Assembly: GCA_964387725.1 (NCBI GenBank)
Contig: CAYLYU010000001.1
Location: 2,671 to 44,699, forward strand
DNA length: 42,029 bases
Source of the DNA: an uncultured Zetaproteobacteria bacterium
GTDB lineage: Bacteria; Pseudomonadota; Zetaproteobacteria; Mariprofundales; Mariprofundaceae
Reading direction: 5' to 3'
Position 1 is the stretch's first letter; each line of letters begins with the position of its first letter. The translations under genes and the position numbers were made by a program. Below, piece after piece: positions 41,901 through 42,029 of the stretch. The notes beneath the pieces were generated by a model that had not been told where the DNA came from, did not search any database, and saw nothing but the letters and a program-made list of their open reading frames with translations.

Positions 41901-41980
41901 AGAGAGAGAAGGGGGGGGGGGGGGGGTTTGGTTTCTCTTTCTTTATCCGGGTTTTTTTTTCGTTCTTCTTGTGTGTGTAC
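41901..41980. repeat. Low-complexity tract: (AG)4, G16 (41911-41926), T9 (41952-41960), (GT)4
   Basis: Read directly from the sequence. It lies within 130 nt of the window/contig end and has no coding support. Confidence 0.8.
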
Positions 41981-42029
41981 TCGGCCCACGACACGTCAGT
42001 GCGCAGCAAGAGCGAGAGTCTCAAAGGCC

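Noticed and set aside
41833-42024. 63-aa minus-strand ORF with a PPPPP run and a Lys-rich stretch
   Set aside because: Its composition comes entirely from the G16, T9 and (AG)n low-complexity DNA at the contig edge. It has no SD and no recognisable fold signal.

Overview
This is a 42 kb chromosomal segment that looks proteobacterial, because it keeps the ftsK-lolA-rarA synteny. It holds about 33 protein-coding genes, all but two on the minus strand. I saw no rRNA, tRNA, CRISPR array, transposase or integrase. (1) 1-12 kb is a respiratory and heme-A block. It contains a YajR-like MFS transporter, heme A synthase, and a B-family-like heme-copper-oxidase subunit I paralog that has lost two CuB histidines and the cross-link Tyr. 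That paralog sits beside a cytochrome b561 gene and an intact CuA subunit II gene. An A2-type aa3 oxidase operon follows (ctaE-sco-ctaC-ctaD, with a clear terminator), then heme O synthase, a Sel1 protein and a small unlisted membrane ORF. (2) 12-21 kb is housekeeping: CBS protein, crcB, rarA, a FadL-family porin, lolA, ftsK, RNase J and pyrE. (3) 21.1-41.6 kb is the standout: a 20.5 kb, seven-gene, translationally coupled operon. It encodes a CHASE2 sensor kinase with no phospho-acceptor His and a receiver with no phospho-acceptor Asp. It also encodes a 1081-aa tandem PgsC/CapC fusion carrying two ligand-less PghP-like modules, and a 1150-aa anchored protein with a seven-blade Asp-box propeller. 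The remaining genes are a secreted PghP-like zinc hydrolase, a 1889-aa SPOR + helical-repeat + C-terminal beta-barrel protein, and a 1402-aa HEAT-repeat::PgsB/CapB amide-ligase fusion. I read this as a candidate undescribed Gram-negative, envelope-spanning machine for a poly-gamma-glutamate-like amide-linked polymer. All homology calls rest on motifs recalled from memory and need HMM and structure confirmation. The right edge ends in low-complexity sequence (G16, T9) that may be an assembly artefact.
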